Source: Eledone cirrhosa (taxonomy: Eukaryota). Taken from it: a DNA stretch of 64,000 nt. Location: contig OZ024746.1 of assembly GCA_964016885.1 (NCBI GenBank), positions 38,130,001-38,194,000 on the forward strand. Reading direction: 5' to 3'. Below the pieces are notes generated by a model. That model saw nothing but the letters and a program-made list of their open reading frames with translations. It did not search any database and was not told the origin of the DNA. Positions 40,050 through 55,530 of the stretch are shown in pieces; positions within the stretch are counted from its first letter, which is position 1; each line of letters starts with the position of its first letter. The translations under genes and the position numbers were made by a program.

Positions 40050-40620
40050 GTGATAGGGAAACCACATTCTGCGTAATTATAATGGGGCTGCACCAAATTC
40101 TTACCATCAAAACCCATTTCCTTCTTCCATGTTGACAGAGTAGCACCCATTCCAAACTCTCAAAATAGAAAAGTATGTTACTTTTTAGCATGTATTACTA
40201 TCTCGTATAATCTTTCATCATATATTGCGTTCGTCCTTATCATCAAAACCACAGGAGAAAAAGACAGAAATGTAATGGTCATATCTGAGACAGCCCTGAT
40301 GTTGCTCAGGCAGACTTACAATTCGCCTAATTGAAATAAAGTAACTCACTTTACATCTTTCTCAATGTTCTACCACTGTTCCAACGATCACTGAATCACC
40401 TGTTTCATGTTTTCATATCACCTTTAATATAATCTGGCTCCTGTAACTTATCCGATTCTCGTCCTTACATCAACCATGTTTTGTCCAATAGCCCAGACAA
40501 CGTACTAACAACAAAGCACTGTCTCTTCTTCAAAGCAGTTTAGCTGATCATCGCTATTCAATGTCGACGTGCAGCATAAATAACAGCATTCTGTCCTGTC
40601 TCTGTTGGCTTGTGAAAGCG
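40050..40620 (-). mobile_element. Highly degraded LINE (RTE-like) RT remnant
   Basis: Weak YADD-like remnant (tatgctgcacgtcgacatt) and a downstream F.YLG-like remnant on the minus strand. Confidence 0.3.
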
Positions 40621-41599
40621 TTGAACATTGATACTTCCTTCCATATCTAACAAATGTGAAATAATATATTTAATAAAAAGGCGGCGTACGTCTGCAAATG
40701 AAACATTCGCGTAACTCAATTAATTTATTATAACTATACAATTCTGTTATAGATACTTGACAAACATATGAATATTTAGGATGTTATACCGAATACGATT
40801 TCATAAAAAGAAAGTATATAATAAATATATAAAGAATATAATATATAAATGTAACTCTTCGTAAACATAACATTTATAAATTTAAATTTTACAAACATAT
40901 AATAGATTAATTTAAACAAATGCAGTGCAATGATAAAGCAGATGACTGAATACCTCAGTGACATCAATAAATACAATATGTGGAATCTAAAGATAACTTT
41001 AAACTCATATTTTAATATAAAGCTAAAAAGAAACAGGCTTGTTATGTGGAAATATACTTCGGGCAAAAGCATCTGAGATTGATTGTTACATGCCACCAAT
41101 GTAATATATCAATTTAATTACCTACAGGAAAGTTGCACCCTACATAGTGATGTCTACTTAACAAGGCATACCTCAACTTATTTGTCAATACTTATTACCC
41201 TGTAATTTAAACATGCATTTCTATGAGTAATTTTAAATAAAAAAAAGTTGTAATAACATAAATAGAATCAAGAAAGCATTAACCTGAACAAAGAAGATGG
41301 TGCGAAGGGTTTGGAATAAATTGTGACACATCTTATCGTAAAATTGTATGTGAATTGAAATAGATGAGCTTAGCTTATATTACGAAAAAGAAAAGAAAAT
41401 CCAGTATGATATTTCTTTGAAACATTTTCGCATATACGCATGTAGAAATTTCCAATATTAATGCCATTATCGAAAAGCCGAATGTGTATTTAAACTGACA
41501 TACATGTATACATACACACTCTCACTCACATCTACACACATTTAAACAAACACCCACATATTAACACACATATAAAAGCATAAACGTGCATAGGCACAC

Positions 41600-42620
<1,021 letters not shown>

Positions 42621-43379
42621 TGCATTTGCATACTATATGTATACATATATTATATACAATACATAGATGCACATATGTATACATTAATGTGTGGACGGGA
42701 TACATCGTTGAAGACATCTGGTAAAGTATGTACTATTTTGTTCACCACTTTAACCATCCTATTCAGTATTTTTTGAATTGGTTGGAATATGTGGCTGATT
42801 GTCATGCAATGCTGACGTAATACATTGAAGTTTGTTGACCTTCGTCTCAGTATACAGAACGTTCAGTTATTGTTTCATTTCTTTCATTAAAATTTCTCAT
42901 TCGCATTGTCACTTTCTTTGGTGAGCTGACAACAGATTGTCAGTTTTTGTTATGATGATTATTTAACCTAAAGAAATGGCTAGATGATTGGAATGAAGTA
43001 TTAAATCCAAATTGACAAACACTGTTCCGAACATAAATACCAAGATATATTCAATAGGAGCAATAGAAACGTTAACTATATTTGCACAAAAAACATGGAA
43101 CATCCCATGCCATACAAACACAAAATAAAGTCTGTAGAAACTACATACAAATACAATGGTGGAGTTTCATGGTTGATAAGGGGTACTGCCTAAAAAGACA
43201 GACTATAACGTAACAATATCAAAGTTCCTTCAAACTTAGATTTGCTCAACACAGTTTCACCTTCCGAAATTGTAACAGAAAACATATCTTATCTCAATTC
43301 AAATATATTGATTACTGACGCTGTACATGCACACTCACACGCATTCACACACACATACTCATAGACATACAAGAATGTT

Positions 43380-43559
43380 GGATTGACAGTATCAGTAGAA
43401 TCTCGGAGGCCATGCTTTCCAGCATAGTTACGTCCTTTTACAGTCTGAGTTCAAATCCCACCAAGGTTAACTTTGCCTTACATCCTTACGGGGTCGATAA
43501 AATAAAGTACCAGTAATATACACTGGGATATTTGCTGGCCTTGTGCCAAAAGTAGAACC

Positions 43560-43565
<6 letters not shown>
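43380..43565 (+). mobile_element. tRNA-derived SINE (main family)
   Basis: gagttcaaatccc..tttgccttacatccttacggggtcgataaaataaagtaccag..ggccttgtgccaaaagtagaa. Confidence 0.9.
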
Positions 43566-43647
<82 letters not shown>

Positions 43648-44127
43648 TAATATATATATACATACATGTATGTATGTGCATGTGTTTATGTACAGATAAT
43701 TCACTGCTCGATGTAATCCATATCTTTATCGATCGACTCGTCATTTTATCTGACTGAAAACTAATTCCTTCTAATATCCAAGCCACCTACACCATTTCTG
43801 AATATGTGCATCGTTGTTGTAGTTTCCGATATTACTTTTTGTGCGGCTGTCATGGATTTAATATTATTTATTTTGAAGTTGTAGCAATTTCGTTTTTTGT
43901 AACGTAGTCTCAAGATAAGATGAATGCGATAAAAATGTAATGTCTACTGATCTCATTTAGACAACCACGTATATATATACTTACGTGCGTATGAGGGGAG
44001 ATAAATGAGTGTGAGTGTGCGCACTCATGTGTGTGTGTGTGTGTTTATGTGTGTGCGTGTAGTGTCTGCTTCAATGAAGAAAGTGTGAGTGTTAGTGTGC
44101 GCATGCATATGTGTGTGCGTGCGCGAG

Positions 44128-44207
<80 letters not shown>

Positions 44208-45235
44208 TGTGAATTCACCGGTCAACACCTTGAAATGCTTCCAAACTTATAATCATATTTTGCGAATTGTTTCCTTTCTTTTTTAGAAAGATCGTGTTTT
44301 CTTTTTCTTTTTTGCTATTATGTATGCACTTTTACCTCAATGTCAAAATGAAACTCTCTTCACTTACACATCTGCTCCAAATATTTATTTTTCTTTATAT
44401 TCTTGACAACTACCTAATATCCCTTGTTATCTATATATTGTTGTTTAACACTAGAACAGTTGTGATCGTAGAATTTGTTTTTGTGAAAATTGTGCAAGAT
44501 ATAACGATCCAGTTGTTATTGTTTCTTCGTTGACGTATTATTTTTAAAAATAAACAGTAGGTTCCACACAAACTAATAATGGTATATTTAAGGATATACA
44601 CTATTCAAAGGATGGAAAGAAATCTTCACTGGAGAGAGAAAATAGAGAGAGAGAGAGTGAGTGATTGTGTGATTGAGTTAGGGATGAGTGGGTGATCGAG
44701 TAAGTAAGAAAGAGAATGAGTGAGAGAGTGAATTAGATAGAGATGTTTTATGTGATAGTTTCAAAATAATTGTTAATATTATGAGTAAAAATAGAAAGAA
44801 ATTGAAGGAATATTGAGGGAGCATAGAGAAAATTATATATTATATTTCTAGCTATCTCACTTTCTCCCTCCTTCACACTGTATACATATGTGTATATATA
44901 TATATATTATATATATATATATATATATACATAATGTGTATGTATATACATTTCTGTCTGCATACGTGTGTGTGTGTGTGCGAGCGCGATTCTATGTGAG
45001 ATTATATTGTGAAGATCACATTTGTTTACCTTCAAATTATCGGGATTTCACTAAATACAAGCAAAAAAGCAACATAGGGAGTTAAAGATGCTGAAGATTA
45101 TATAACATGGTTCCTCATAGTCTATAGTATATTTGTTCTATTACACATACGGGCATCAGATACATATCTACATACATAATACATACAGAATACATACCGT
45201 CACGTATACACACAAACGCACCCACCTACACACAC

Positions 45236-45280
<45 letters not shown>

Positions 45281-45282
45281 CG

Positions 45283-45469
<187 letters not shown>

Positions 45470-46445
45470 CAATAGGTTTCTTTAAATCATGCGATTATAC
45501 AGACACCTATGCCAATGTTATGACACTGGACGTCCTTGCTTCAAGAAGCGACTCTCCAAATTCAATATACGAAGTAATAAAAAATAAGCCGCAGACGCAG
45601 AATATTTGCGCATGGGTATGTGATAGCCATTGACACTTTTGTTTTCTCTTTACTCTTATTACACTTTTTGTTTAGTATTATTTTACTTCATGTTTTTTCT
45701 TTTATTTTTCGATCATATCATTGCGTGTTCTGTTTTGGTTCTACGCATGAAAAATAAAATAGTATCCTTTTAATTTTCTTTTTATATGTATTTTTGTAAG
45801 AATTGACAATCAGTTCTACGCGTAGTCTGGAAAGTGCCTAATCTTCAAACAACATTGCATATTAACATTATATTTTCATTTAAAAATTTTCTAGAAATTA
45901 TCTTTTATTTTCTAGAAATTATCTTCTATTTTTTCTCTCTCTTCTCTTTTGAAAATCTGTCTGTTTTTTTCTCTCCTCAGTTCTATAAGTAAAATAAGCA
46001 ATAGCAACAGAAATTCAACTGTTGAAAACCAATTGATATTTGAATAAATAACTGTTATTACACGGTATATCAGCGGAATTTCGATTCAATTACTAGCGTG
46101 TCAATTATAAAATATTCTAAGCTTGGCTTGTTTTGTTATGTTGTGTGATGAGAGAGAATGTATTAGTGTCTCTTGAAAGAAAATAGTGGCGACATTTAGA
46201 TTGTTGAAAACGAAGTTTCCTGTAAATAACTGACCAATTCGGTATTTTGTTTACGTCTTCATTTTTTAAAACATAGTATATAATTCCTATATACTATGCA
46301 AGTTTATTTGGAAAGTAATCCGTATTTCAGGAACTGACTGCCATCTTTTTATCTTGGAAAACTTTTTTTGTGTATTCTGCCTATCATATGTGTGTATGTG
46401 AGCAGCAAACAAGGGGACATAGAGAAAGAGAATATTTTCTGTACA

Positions 46446-46530
<85 letters not shown>

Positions 46531-46538
<8 letters not shown>

Positions 46539-47325
46539 CGTAAAATAAGAAAATTATAAAATTAACTTACTTACTAAAATATCACTTCCAACTAATTAGT
46601 TTCTGAAATGGAATAAATATACTTTCTGAAGAAAGCACAGAGAATCATTTCGTCGTCAGGGAAGACTATTCTCAGTTAAGTATCCAGGCAAAGCGTGGAC
46701 TCTGGAAACTTATTCAAAAATAATTCAGTGGATAAAAAATAGCAAAGCGTGGACTGCCTCTGCGTCGGTGGCAAATTCAAAAAGAATCAATCACGTGACA
46801 TCGAGGTCAATCAGTGGAAAGTGGTTTGCTAATAAGACAGCGGCCTGCCTGCTACCATAGCAGCAGTCTTGGCCAATATTGCTCGACAAATAATTTGGAG
46901 ATAATTATAAAGAATTAATATGTAGTAACATATATATACATACAGATGCATATCAATGCTAGCAAATATATAGGTTTCGTCTTAGTAACTTTGTGGTTCA
47001 ATGCATGGGGTTGCAGAACAAAAATATGAGAGACGTAAAATAAGAAAATTATAAAATTAACTTACTTACTAAAATATCACTTCCAACTAATTAGTTTCTG
47101 AAATGGAATAAATATACTTTCCGAAGAAAGCACAGAGAATCATTTCGTCGTCAGGGAAGACTATTCTCAGTTAAGTATCCAGGCAAAGCGTGGACTCTGG
47201 AAACTTATTCAACTTGTTCTGCAACCCCATGCATTGAACCACAAAGTTACTAAGACGAAACCTATATATTTGCTAGCATTGATATGCATCTGTATGTATA
47301 TATATGTTACTAGATATTAATTCTT

Positions 47326-47329
<4 letters not shown>
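46531..47329. repeat. TA-embedded compound repeat: 187-bp direct repeat (46531-46717 / 47026-47212) plus ~116-bp inverted repeat (46906-47021 / 47214-47329)
   Basis: By eye, the copies within each pair differ by about 1 nt. Confidence 0.9.
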
Positions 47330-47372
<43 letters not shown>

Positions 47373-47408
47373 GTATGTGTGTATGTGTGTGCGTGTGTAT
47401 ATCCGTGC

Positions 47409-47455
<47 letters not shown>

Positions 47456-47459
<4 letters not shown>

Positions 47460-48290
47460 TATAATCTGAGTTTTTCGAATATTAAACACTAACATTCGAT
47501 TCGTTTGAAATTATGCAAACAAGCCTAAATTTTATAGCCATGTCAGTAGAATGAATACTTCATTCTTTCTCTTAGGTTAGCATACGAACAGACCTGCAGA
47601 CACTAATGTTTCTGGGTATCACCCTTCAGTGAAAATATATGCTATTTTCAAAAGTACACAGTAACTGATCGGCCTGATTTGCATATTAGCAGACTGGCCG
47701 ATCAGTCAGATCTGCAAATCTAGCAGATCCACTGATCAGCTAGATTTGCATATCAGCAAACTGGCCAGTCAGTTTCCTGTATACGAGCGATAAATGGCCG
47801 GCTTCGCCAAATTCAAATAAAAAAGAAAATTTCGCTCTACATGGCTGAATACAATAAATGTAATCTGAGTTTTTCGAATATTAATAATATCATTCAAAAC
47901 TGACTGGCCAGTCTGCTGATATGCAAATCTGGCTGATCAGTTAGATCTGCTAATATGCCGATCTGACTGATCGGCCAGTTTGCTAATGTGTAAATCAGGT
48001 CGAACAGTCACTGTGTAGTTTTGAAAATAGCATGTATCTTCACTATCTCTGACAGTTTGGGAGATGAATAGTGAGCTGTACTGATGAAGGGTGATACCCA
48101 GAAACATTAGTGTCTTCAGTTCTGTTCGTATGCCAACATAAAAGCAAGAATGAAGACATAGCTATAAAATTGAGATTTGTTTGCATAATTGCAAACGAAT
48201 TTAATGTTATTATTAATATTCGAAAAACTCAGATTACATTTATTGTATTCAGCCACGTATAGAGAAATGTTCTTTTTTATATATTAATAG
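47456..48290. mobile_element. Family J fold-back element (about 47462-47775 vs 47898-48238) with an intact HHR
   Basis: Long diverged inverted arms, an internal ctgatc/gcatat subrepeat and a TA run at the left end. Confidence 0.8.
48073..48122 (+). ncRNA. Type I hammerhead ribozyme with intact core (family J)
   Basis: gagctgta-CTGATGA-a-GGGT gat ACCC-a-GAAA-CA ttag TG-TC-ttcagttc, with a GUC cleavage triplet. The inverted arm retains tgcag, which restores stem I. Confidence 0.85.
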
Positions 48291-48946
48291 ATATGATTTA
48301 TATATGATAAAGCATAAAAACACTGAATGTTAACTGAAACTGCGTGGGCAGACAATATATATGTCGTGTGTATATATTTATTTTCAAAACAAAAACGACG
48401 GACTGTAACTTCTAGGTTTCGGCTGACGTCGTCTGTAGAATGGTATAGGCAAAAATGTACAAAGCTGTTTATTCATTTTTTAAATAAATACAGTTTTTCA
48501 ACTGAAATCCTGTTTTGTTCAGTTCGATTTTTTTTTGTCGACAATCCATATTTTCTGAATTTGCAGATGTTTACTGTCAATCAAAAAGACAATCGAAGAG
48601 AATCATGTTTCGAACATATCTTCAAAATTACGGTACATATGAATAAGCATTCATGAGTCTATATATTCCTACGAGAAATGTTTACTTGAGATGTTTGAAC
48701 AACAAAATAAACAATTACAAACATACACTCATCTATATATAAATATACGAAGGTAATCTGTGACTGAGGTCGTACTAACCGATAGACCGCCTCTGTATAA
48801 ATTGTCTGTTTATATTTTGTTGTAATCCAGTAACTGTTTACTTAATCTTTTATGTGAATAAAGCCTGAATGCATTGGTATATTTCTTGATGACTTGATGA
48901 CATGAACTTGTCGACCATAGAAATACGTATGGCGTCTTAGCAATAT

Positions 48947-49035
<89 letters not shown>

Positions 49036-49039
49036 GTGT

Positions 49040-49388
49040 ATATAAAGAAAAAAAGATGAAATCGAAAATGCAACTGGAGTCTTATTTTTTTTTTTAAATA
49101 TATATATTTATTTGGTTCCTTTACCGGTTTCGCAGTTCTTCTGTTGAGATGGAGGGTCTGTGGTTTTTCTCACAGATGTGAGAAAAACCACAGACCCTCC
49201 ATCTCAACTCTACTTTTGAAAAGCAGAAGAACTGCGAAACCAGTAAAGGAACCAAATAAATATATATATTTTTTTATAAAATAAGACTCCAGTTACATTT
49301 TCGATTTCATCTTTTTTTCTTTATACTTACACTCGTGTAGGACACCTCGGTTATTTTTCATTTTGTAAAAAAAAACTCACTTTCTAAT
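49040..49388. mobile_element. Family K fold-back element (inverted repeat 49040-49325, centre about 49175) with a degenerate HHR (49212-49249)
   Basis: ctt-TTGAAAA-GCAG aagaa CTGC-GAAA-CC(A/G)G-TA-aagg. The arms are nearly identical and TA runs lie on both sides. Confidence 0.8.
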
Positions 49389-49508
49389 ATATATATATAT
49401 ATATATATGATAGTTGGCTCTCCAGATGATTCCTTTTGAATGAAATAATTATTGTCATGTAGACGCCATTTGAATATTAAACGCGATATATATAAATACA
49501 GAGAGAGA

Positions 49509-49568
<60 letters not shown>

Positions 49569-51363
49569 GAGAGAGAAAGAGAGAGAGAGAGAGATTAATA
49601 AACGCACCGCTCTATGCGCAACAACATTGAAGTTCGAAAAACAGAGATCGATAAATAAGTACCTGGCAGACATCTTAATAAGTGGTGGTTTCCATATATG
49701 AGGCTAAAATCATCAACGTGAGTCATTTAACATCATACAATCAAACGAACTAAACCAGCAAAATAATAAATTATTTTATTATAGGTAGCATTGCATTCAT
49801 TCCATAATATCTGAAAACGTAGAAATATTTCAATTTAGTAGAGTATCAATTTGGTTGACAGAAGCACTCAGAGGCACATATGAAGAAATTATAAAGCATC
49901 GCTTTAAAAGAATTAGATATTGCCGAATGCTGGTAGCTATTGGAAGATTGATCATAGAAATACTTCATGGTTCTAACAAAGGAAAGAGGGAAAACTACAG
50001 TTAGAATTCATCTTTGATAATCGGGTCGAGACAGTGATCATTGAATAGAATGTTAGAGTATTATAATATTTTTTTGCTTTTGTCTTTTGGTTGATTCTTT
50101 TCTAGTCCAGAAATTGTATGCAATACAAATAAAATACAACGCAATAGCCTGTCAACATACTGCAACGGTTTTATGATAGGTATGATATTTGAATAAGCAA
50201 ATACTTTTCAGTGGAATGCCATATCCGATTGAATCACTCCCAAAGACCAAATACAGTCTATAGGTATTTCGTTAAAGAAATACCCAGGATGTTATATCAT
50301 ATTGTTTGGGATTTAACAAATCAGAACATAAATGAATAGAAAAGACATTAAGTTATATTGCGACAGGGTGTCTCATGACATTATATTACAGGGGTGAGGT
50401 CATTAATCCTATGAGTGTCCATGCCTGTATAGTAATTCATATTCACAGATAATATGCCATTCCTTGCTACGTTACTTGGGCGTATGAAAGACAACAGAAT
50501 AATGGTATGTGTATGTGAATCAATTCCATAATTGTAACAATTGCTTACAGCATATTCCACTTCAGTTAGCAACAGTATCACCAAATCTACTACTCGGTAT
50601 AACTCAGACCAGCATCAGTACAAGTGGCAGCAGCAGCAATCGTCCCGGCAACCGAGCATGACATTTTATTGTACATAAATTATTTGAAGTGACAAACTAC
50701 AGAAACATAAAAAGTAATTATTACTCTAACGATAGAATTCTGAAAATTGTGTCTAAGTTGGACTCCCCATTATTATCAGATTAAAATACGGCGATATGAT
50801 GTCTGATATACTTCGTTTTTCGTGTCATTGGTATAAAGTAGGAATATGTACTGATATTCAACGTGATATTCTCGGTAAAGCTCATAGATGCCTTCCAACA
50901 TAATCCTCCCCCATGTGTGCGCATTGACGAAAATCCAAACCACAAATAGTTGCGACCTCTTCTCTTCAGCCAAGTTTGCACTGAAACTGTCAATTTCATG
51001 ATGAATTAAAGTTGTTTAACCAACGATGTGACTGTATGACAACAGATAAGGGTGTGGGCTGATGGTTGTGTCAAGCAAGGGAAGTCAGCGTCGCAGTATT
51101 GTAATATTTTAAAAACATCACTAAATGCTAGGTAGAGCAGTCAAAGCATGATTATACTGGTATTTTGATTGTATTGTTAGTTTGGATGTCAAGTTTGTAG
51201 AATTGCCTCCCTCTCTGATCCGCGTAAGAGACTTTGTTAGATATATTAAATAAAATCAATGAAAAATTAGATTCAGTGTTTAGTGCTCAATCAGTTAATT
51301 GTTGAAAGTTTTCATTTCTTAAATTATATATATATATATATATAGATATATATATACGTATAT

Positions 51364-51562
51364 AGGAAAATAGTCAGGACCCCGACGGCTGAGCTCCAGC
51401 CGTCTCGACAGCTAGATCCGAGGTATGCCATTAGTATAATGAATACCGGAGCTCAGCCGTCGGGGTCCTGAATATTTTCGTATTACCCACTCTACTACCC
51501 TAAATATTGAGTACTCTGGTGCGTTATGGTTCACCTGATATCTTAACACACCCTCTTTGTTT
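51364..51562. mobile_element. Family A element with inverted terminal segment
   Basis: caggaccccgacggctgagctcc / ggagctcagccgtcggggtcctg. The remainder is the reverse complement of 14089-14170. TA-flanked. Confidence 0.85.
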
Positions 51563-51570
51563 TATATATA

Positions 51571-51603
<33 letters not shown>

Positions 51604-51610
<7 letters not shown>

Positions 51611-52128
51611 TATCATTATTAATAAAATAGATGTTCTTTTGATCAATTACATTTTATTATACATATTTCGGATGTACAACAGTACGTCCTCATCAGACAA
51701 AATATAATGATACATGACATACCCTGACATAGCCCCTCCCATCCTTTATCTTTCCCTCTTTATAAATCATTTTCCAGTGGCTATCACTGGCTGTTATGAT
51801 TCATGAGACGTTTTCCTAGATATATCGTAGTATCATACATTTTAAAACCTCTAGAACAGTTACAGTAAGCAACGTTTTTTATTACTCACACATTCTCTAA
51901 TGAATTTATTACGTTTTCGCATTTTCTCATAATTAGGCTCTATATGTAAAATGTTCTCTTGGGTTAATCACTACCTTGATTAAATCTTAACCATTTAAAA
52001 TCTCAGGGTATGTCATGTATCATTATATTTTGTCTGGTGAAGACGTACTGTTGTACATCCGAAATATGTATATAAAATGTAATTGATCTAAAGAACATCT
52101 ATTTCATTAATATTTATATTTTAATATT
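51604..52128. mobile_element. Family H element with ~125-bp terminal inverted repeats, each carrying an HHR
   Basis: Arms at 51604-51726 and 52003-52127. Confidence 0.85.
51650..51702 (-). ncRNA. Type I hammerhead ribozyme with intact core (family H); mutated partner at about 52028-52080 (+)
   Basis: ttttgt-CTGATGA-GGACGTAC tgtt GTACATCC-GAAA-TATG-TA-taataaaa. Confidence 0.8.
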
Positions 52129-52218
52129 AATAACTCCGGAAAATTACTTTCTCGTAGAGTGCTTCCAATCTGGTGTAAAACTCATTCTTTGACATAATCA
52201 TTGAATATCGTTTAACAC

Positions 52219-52223
<5 letters not shown>

Positions 52224-52286
<63 letters not shown>

Positions 52287-52383
52287 GAATAATCGAGTAT
52301 CGAAAAATCGGCGCACGAGTTCACGATAAACAAAATTCGATATGAGCGGCAGCTACGGATATTACCTTCCAGTGTTCTAGCTC

Positions 52384-52436
<53 letters not shown>

Positions 52437-52489
52437 GTATATGTATATATATGTATATATATATATAAATATATATAAATATATATATA

Positions 52490-52564
<75 letters not shown>

Positions 52565-52592
52565 GTATATATATATACATATACATATATAC

Positions 52593-52686
<94 letters not shown>
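52224..52686. repeat. (TA)n tracts with a 100-bp insert (52283-52384)
   Basis: The insert end (52352-52390) is the reverse complement of 52679-52717. Confidence 0.9.
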
Positions 52687-52931
52687 GAGCTAGAACACTG
52701 GAAGGTAATATCCGTAGTGGTAGAGCACTCAGTCCATGGGACGAGTTTGGTAAAAGTGGTAACACAACAGTTAGTTCACCATACCGAGAACAATTGTTTC
52801 ACCTTAGCGGATCTTCTGTTGGTACCGGTTCTTCCTGTTCCTTATAACCATGAGCAGTACGAGTTGAAGATCTGCTAAGGTGAAACAATTGTTCTTCGTA
52901 TGGTGAACTAAGTGTTGTGTTACCACTTCTC
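52686..52931. mobile_element. Family F fold-back element with two degenerate HHR copies
   Basis: Arms at about 52756-52818 and 52866-52927; cgag-TTGAAGA-tctgctaaggt-GAAA-CAATTG-TT. Homologous to 21503-21573 and 60571-60673. Confidence 0.85.
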
Positions 52932-52944
52932 TATATAAACGCCT

Positions 52945-53030
<86 letters not shown>

Positions 53031-53049
53031 TTATATATATATATATTTG

Positions 53050-54715
53050 TGAAAAAGAACAAAGGAACAATTATGACATTATAACAAGTTTATTGCCGAC
53101 AGCCGTTTCGTCCGACCACATGGTGGGACATTTCAAGGCATACAACATGTGACTGTAAGATCATTATCTACATCAACGTATCACTCAAGGCTAGAAGTTT
53201 GAAATTGTGGTATACATCAGCAGCTCGGCTTGTATAGTTGGGGTCTATATTCTAAGGGGGCTCTTTTATATTAGTTGTCGGGGTCAGGGCTTGAAGGTTA
53301 AAAATTAGATAATATATAATTTACGCATTAACAGTAAACTAAAAGACTTGGGGTCCCTTAGAAGCACCTTAAAAAAAACCTCAATAAGTGCATAAAGCTT
53401 ACAGGCTCCAATAAACCTACTAAGTTAGAAGAAATTAAGAGGCTAATAAAATAAAAAATAAAAAATATAAAGTTTCCCTAAAAAAATATATAAAGTTTCC
53501 TATGAAATTCCTTGAAGAGAAAAAAGTTTTTTTCCGAAAGAAAAAAACTTTCTTCCCCCGAGATCCCGTTTACAAATTTCAGAAAACTTACGAAGTATAT
53601 ATATATAGAGAGAGAGAGGATTAGGGAGATATGTGTATGTAATGGTATCTGAGACGAACGAGTAAAGTAAGGTGACTAGTTTATGGCTACTAGTAGTTCA
53701 AATAGTATAAAGGTTAGAATATAATTCTAAGATTGAGGTAAAGAGGAAATATTAGCTCGAGGAAAATATATAGTAAAACTATTGATGAAATGATAAAGAT
53801 AAAACCGGCAGTACGGTAGTAATCTCGAATATATCAGACACCCGTGGGACGGCTTGAGATTCCGTTATTTTAAGAATGCTTTACTTGTACAACAGTAACA
53901 ATAATATTTCGTGTTTCTGAATGATCTGAGAGCAGGCAGTTATTCAGATCCAGCTCTCGGTTGCATTTAACTCGCCTGTGTGGGTACCTCTTATGTACTG
54001 CATGTGGATTAGTACAATTTATTACCCTTCAGAATGGTATGTGTTTAAATAACGGCTACGTTATAGGTATAACGCGCATGAGTTTGGTAAACAAATCGGA
54101 TTTCTCATTAACTAGATGTCTGCCAGCAAACAACATACTAAATGTCTCTAACAACCTCAAAAATTCATAGTTCTCCAGCTTAGCTATGCGATTGGACTCT
54201 AGGAATTATTATAGCGTATTTCATTGCCACACACTCCCCATAGTGCCTGGAGAGACCGGTTGCATATTTCCTTTCCTGGTATCCAAAACGAGTAAATATG
54301 TCCCGTATGACGAAATATAAAGTTGTATGGAGCCACCCCACTATACAAATTATCATGCGTGTTTGTTGCCCCTTCCCACTTATATGCCATGTTCGTTGTG
54401 AGATATTGACAATTCAGAGGACACTGCTGAGGTATTGGCATTTAGGTATTTTGGAGATTGCCGAGGTTGTGTGTTGTCCGACTACATCCATTGATATTTT
54501 AAATGATGTTCAGTGTTATTGTGTACAATCACTTCACAATTTTCCCGCCGAATATATTGTAGTAACGATGTTGCCGTGGAAAATCCTACATGAACATCTC
54601 GAAGACCAGTCAGTCGTGAAGGAGCACAAAATTCGGTATTGTAAAACACATTATATTGTGTCATCCGTCGATATTTTACTAATTAATATGAAAGATCCGT
54701 ACCTAAGTATGTAAC
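53050..54715 (-). mobile_element. Degraded PLE (RT remnants) with an HHR at its 3' end (53094-53140)
   Basis: QYLTTNMAYKWEGATNTHDNLY..FIFRHTGHIYSFW resembles the PLE Q..G.AMG...ANLY / FRYVDDIF motifs. HHR: tgcc-TTGAAAT-GTCC..GGAC-GAAA-CGGCTG-TC-ggca. Confidence 0.55.
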
Positions 54716-55239
54716 AAGTGTAAATATAATTATATAGATACGCGTGTGTGCGTGTCGGTTAGTGTGTGAGGGTGTATGTGTGTGTGCCAATACAGTTATA
54801 AAGATACAGTTGTAAAGATAAACTGCAAAAAAAAAAAGACAGGAACAAACCAAACTTAAACGAATAAAACAACCTATGTATGCATTTAAAACAAAACATT
54901 ACTATTATTTTTGTCCTATTGGCAAAATTATACCCAAGGGAAACTTAGATATATTTCTGTATGTCCGTTGTGTATATATACATCGAAATTTGGCATATGG
55001 TTTCCTTTTTGTATGATATCGATATTTGTTTTTCGTAGCGAATTCTATACATCGCTGTAAGAATTATATATGTGCTTTATCTAATCATTCAGCAAAAGTA
55101 CACCGAAACTTTCCAAGTCGAAGCACACATTTAAATACACATACAGACACAGAGACGCTTCAACATGTGTGTGCAATATATATGTGTATATATAAACATA
55201 TATATTCACTCACACATACATGCCCACACACACATATAC

Positions 55240-55530
<291 letters not shown>

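Noticed and set aside
45930-45995. Strong polypyrimidine tract ending in CAG (possible splice acceptor)
   Set aside because: No supportable exon or reading frame follows.
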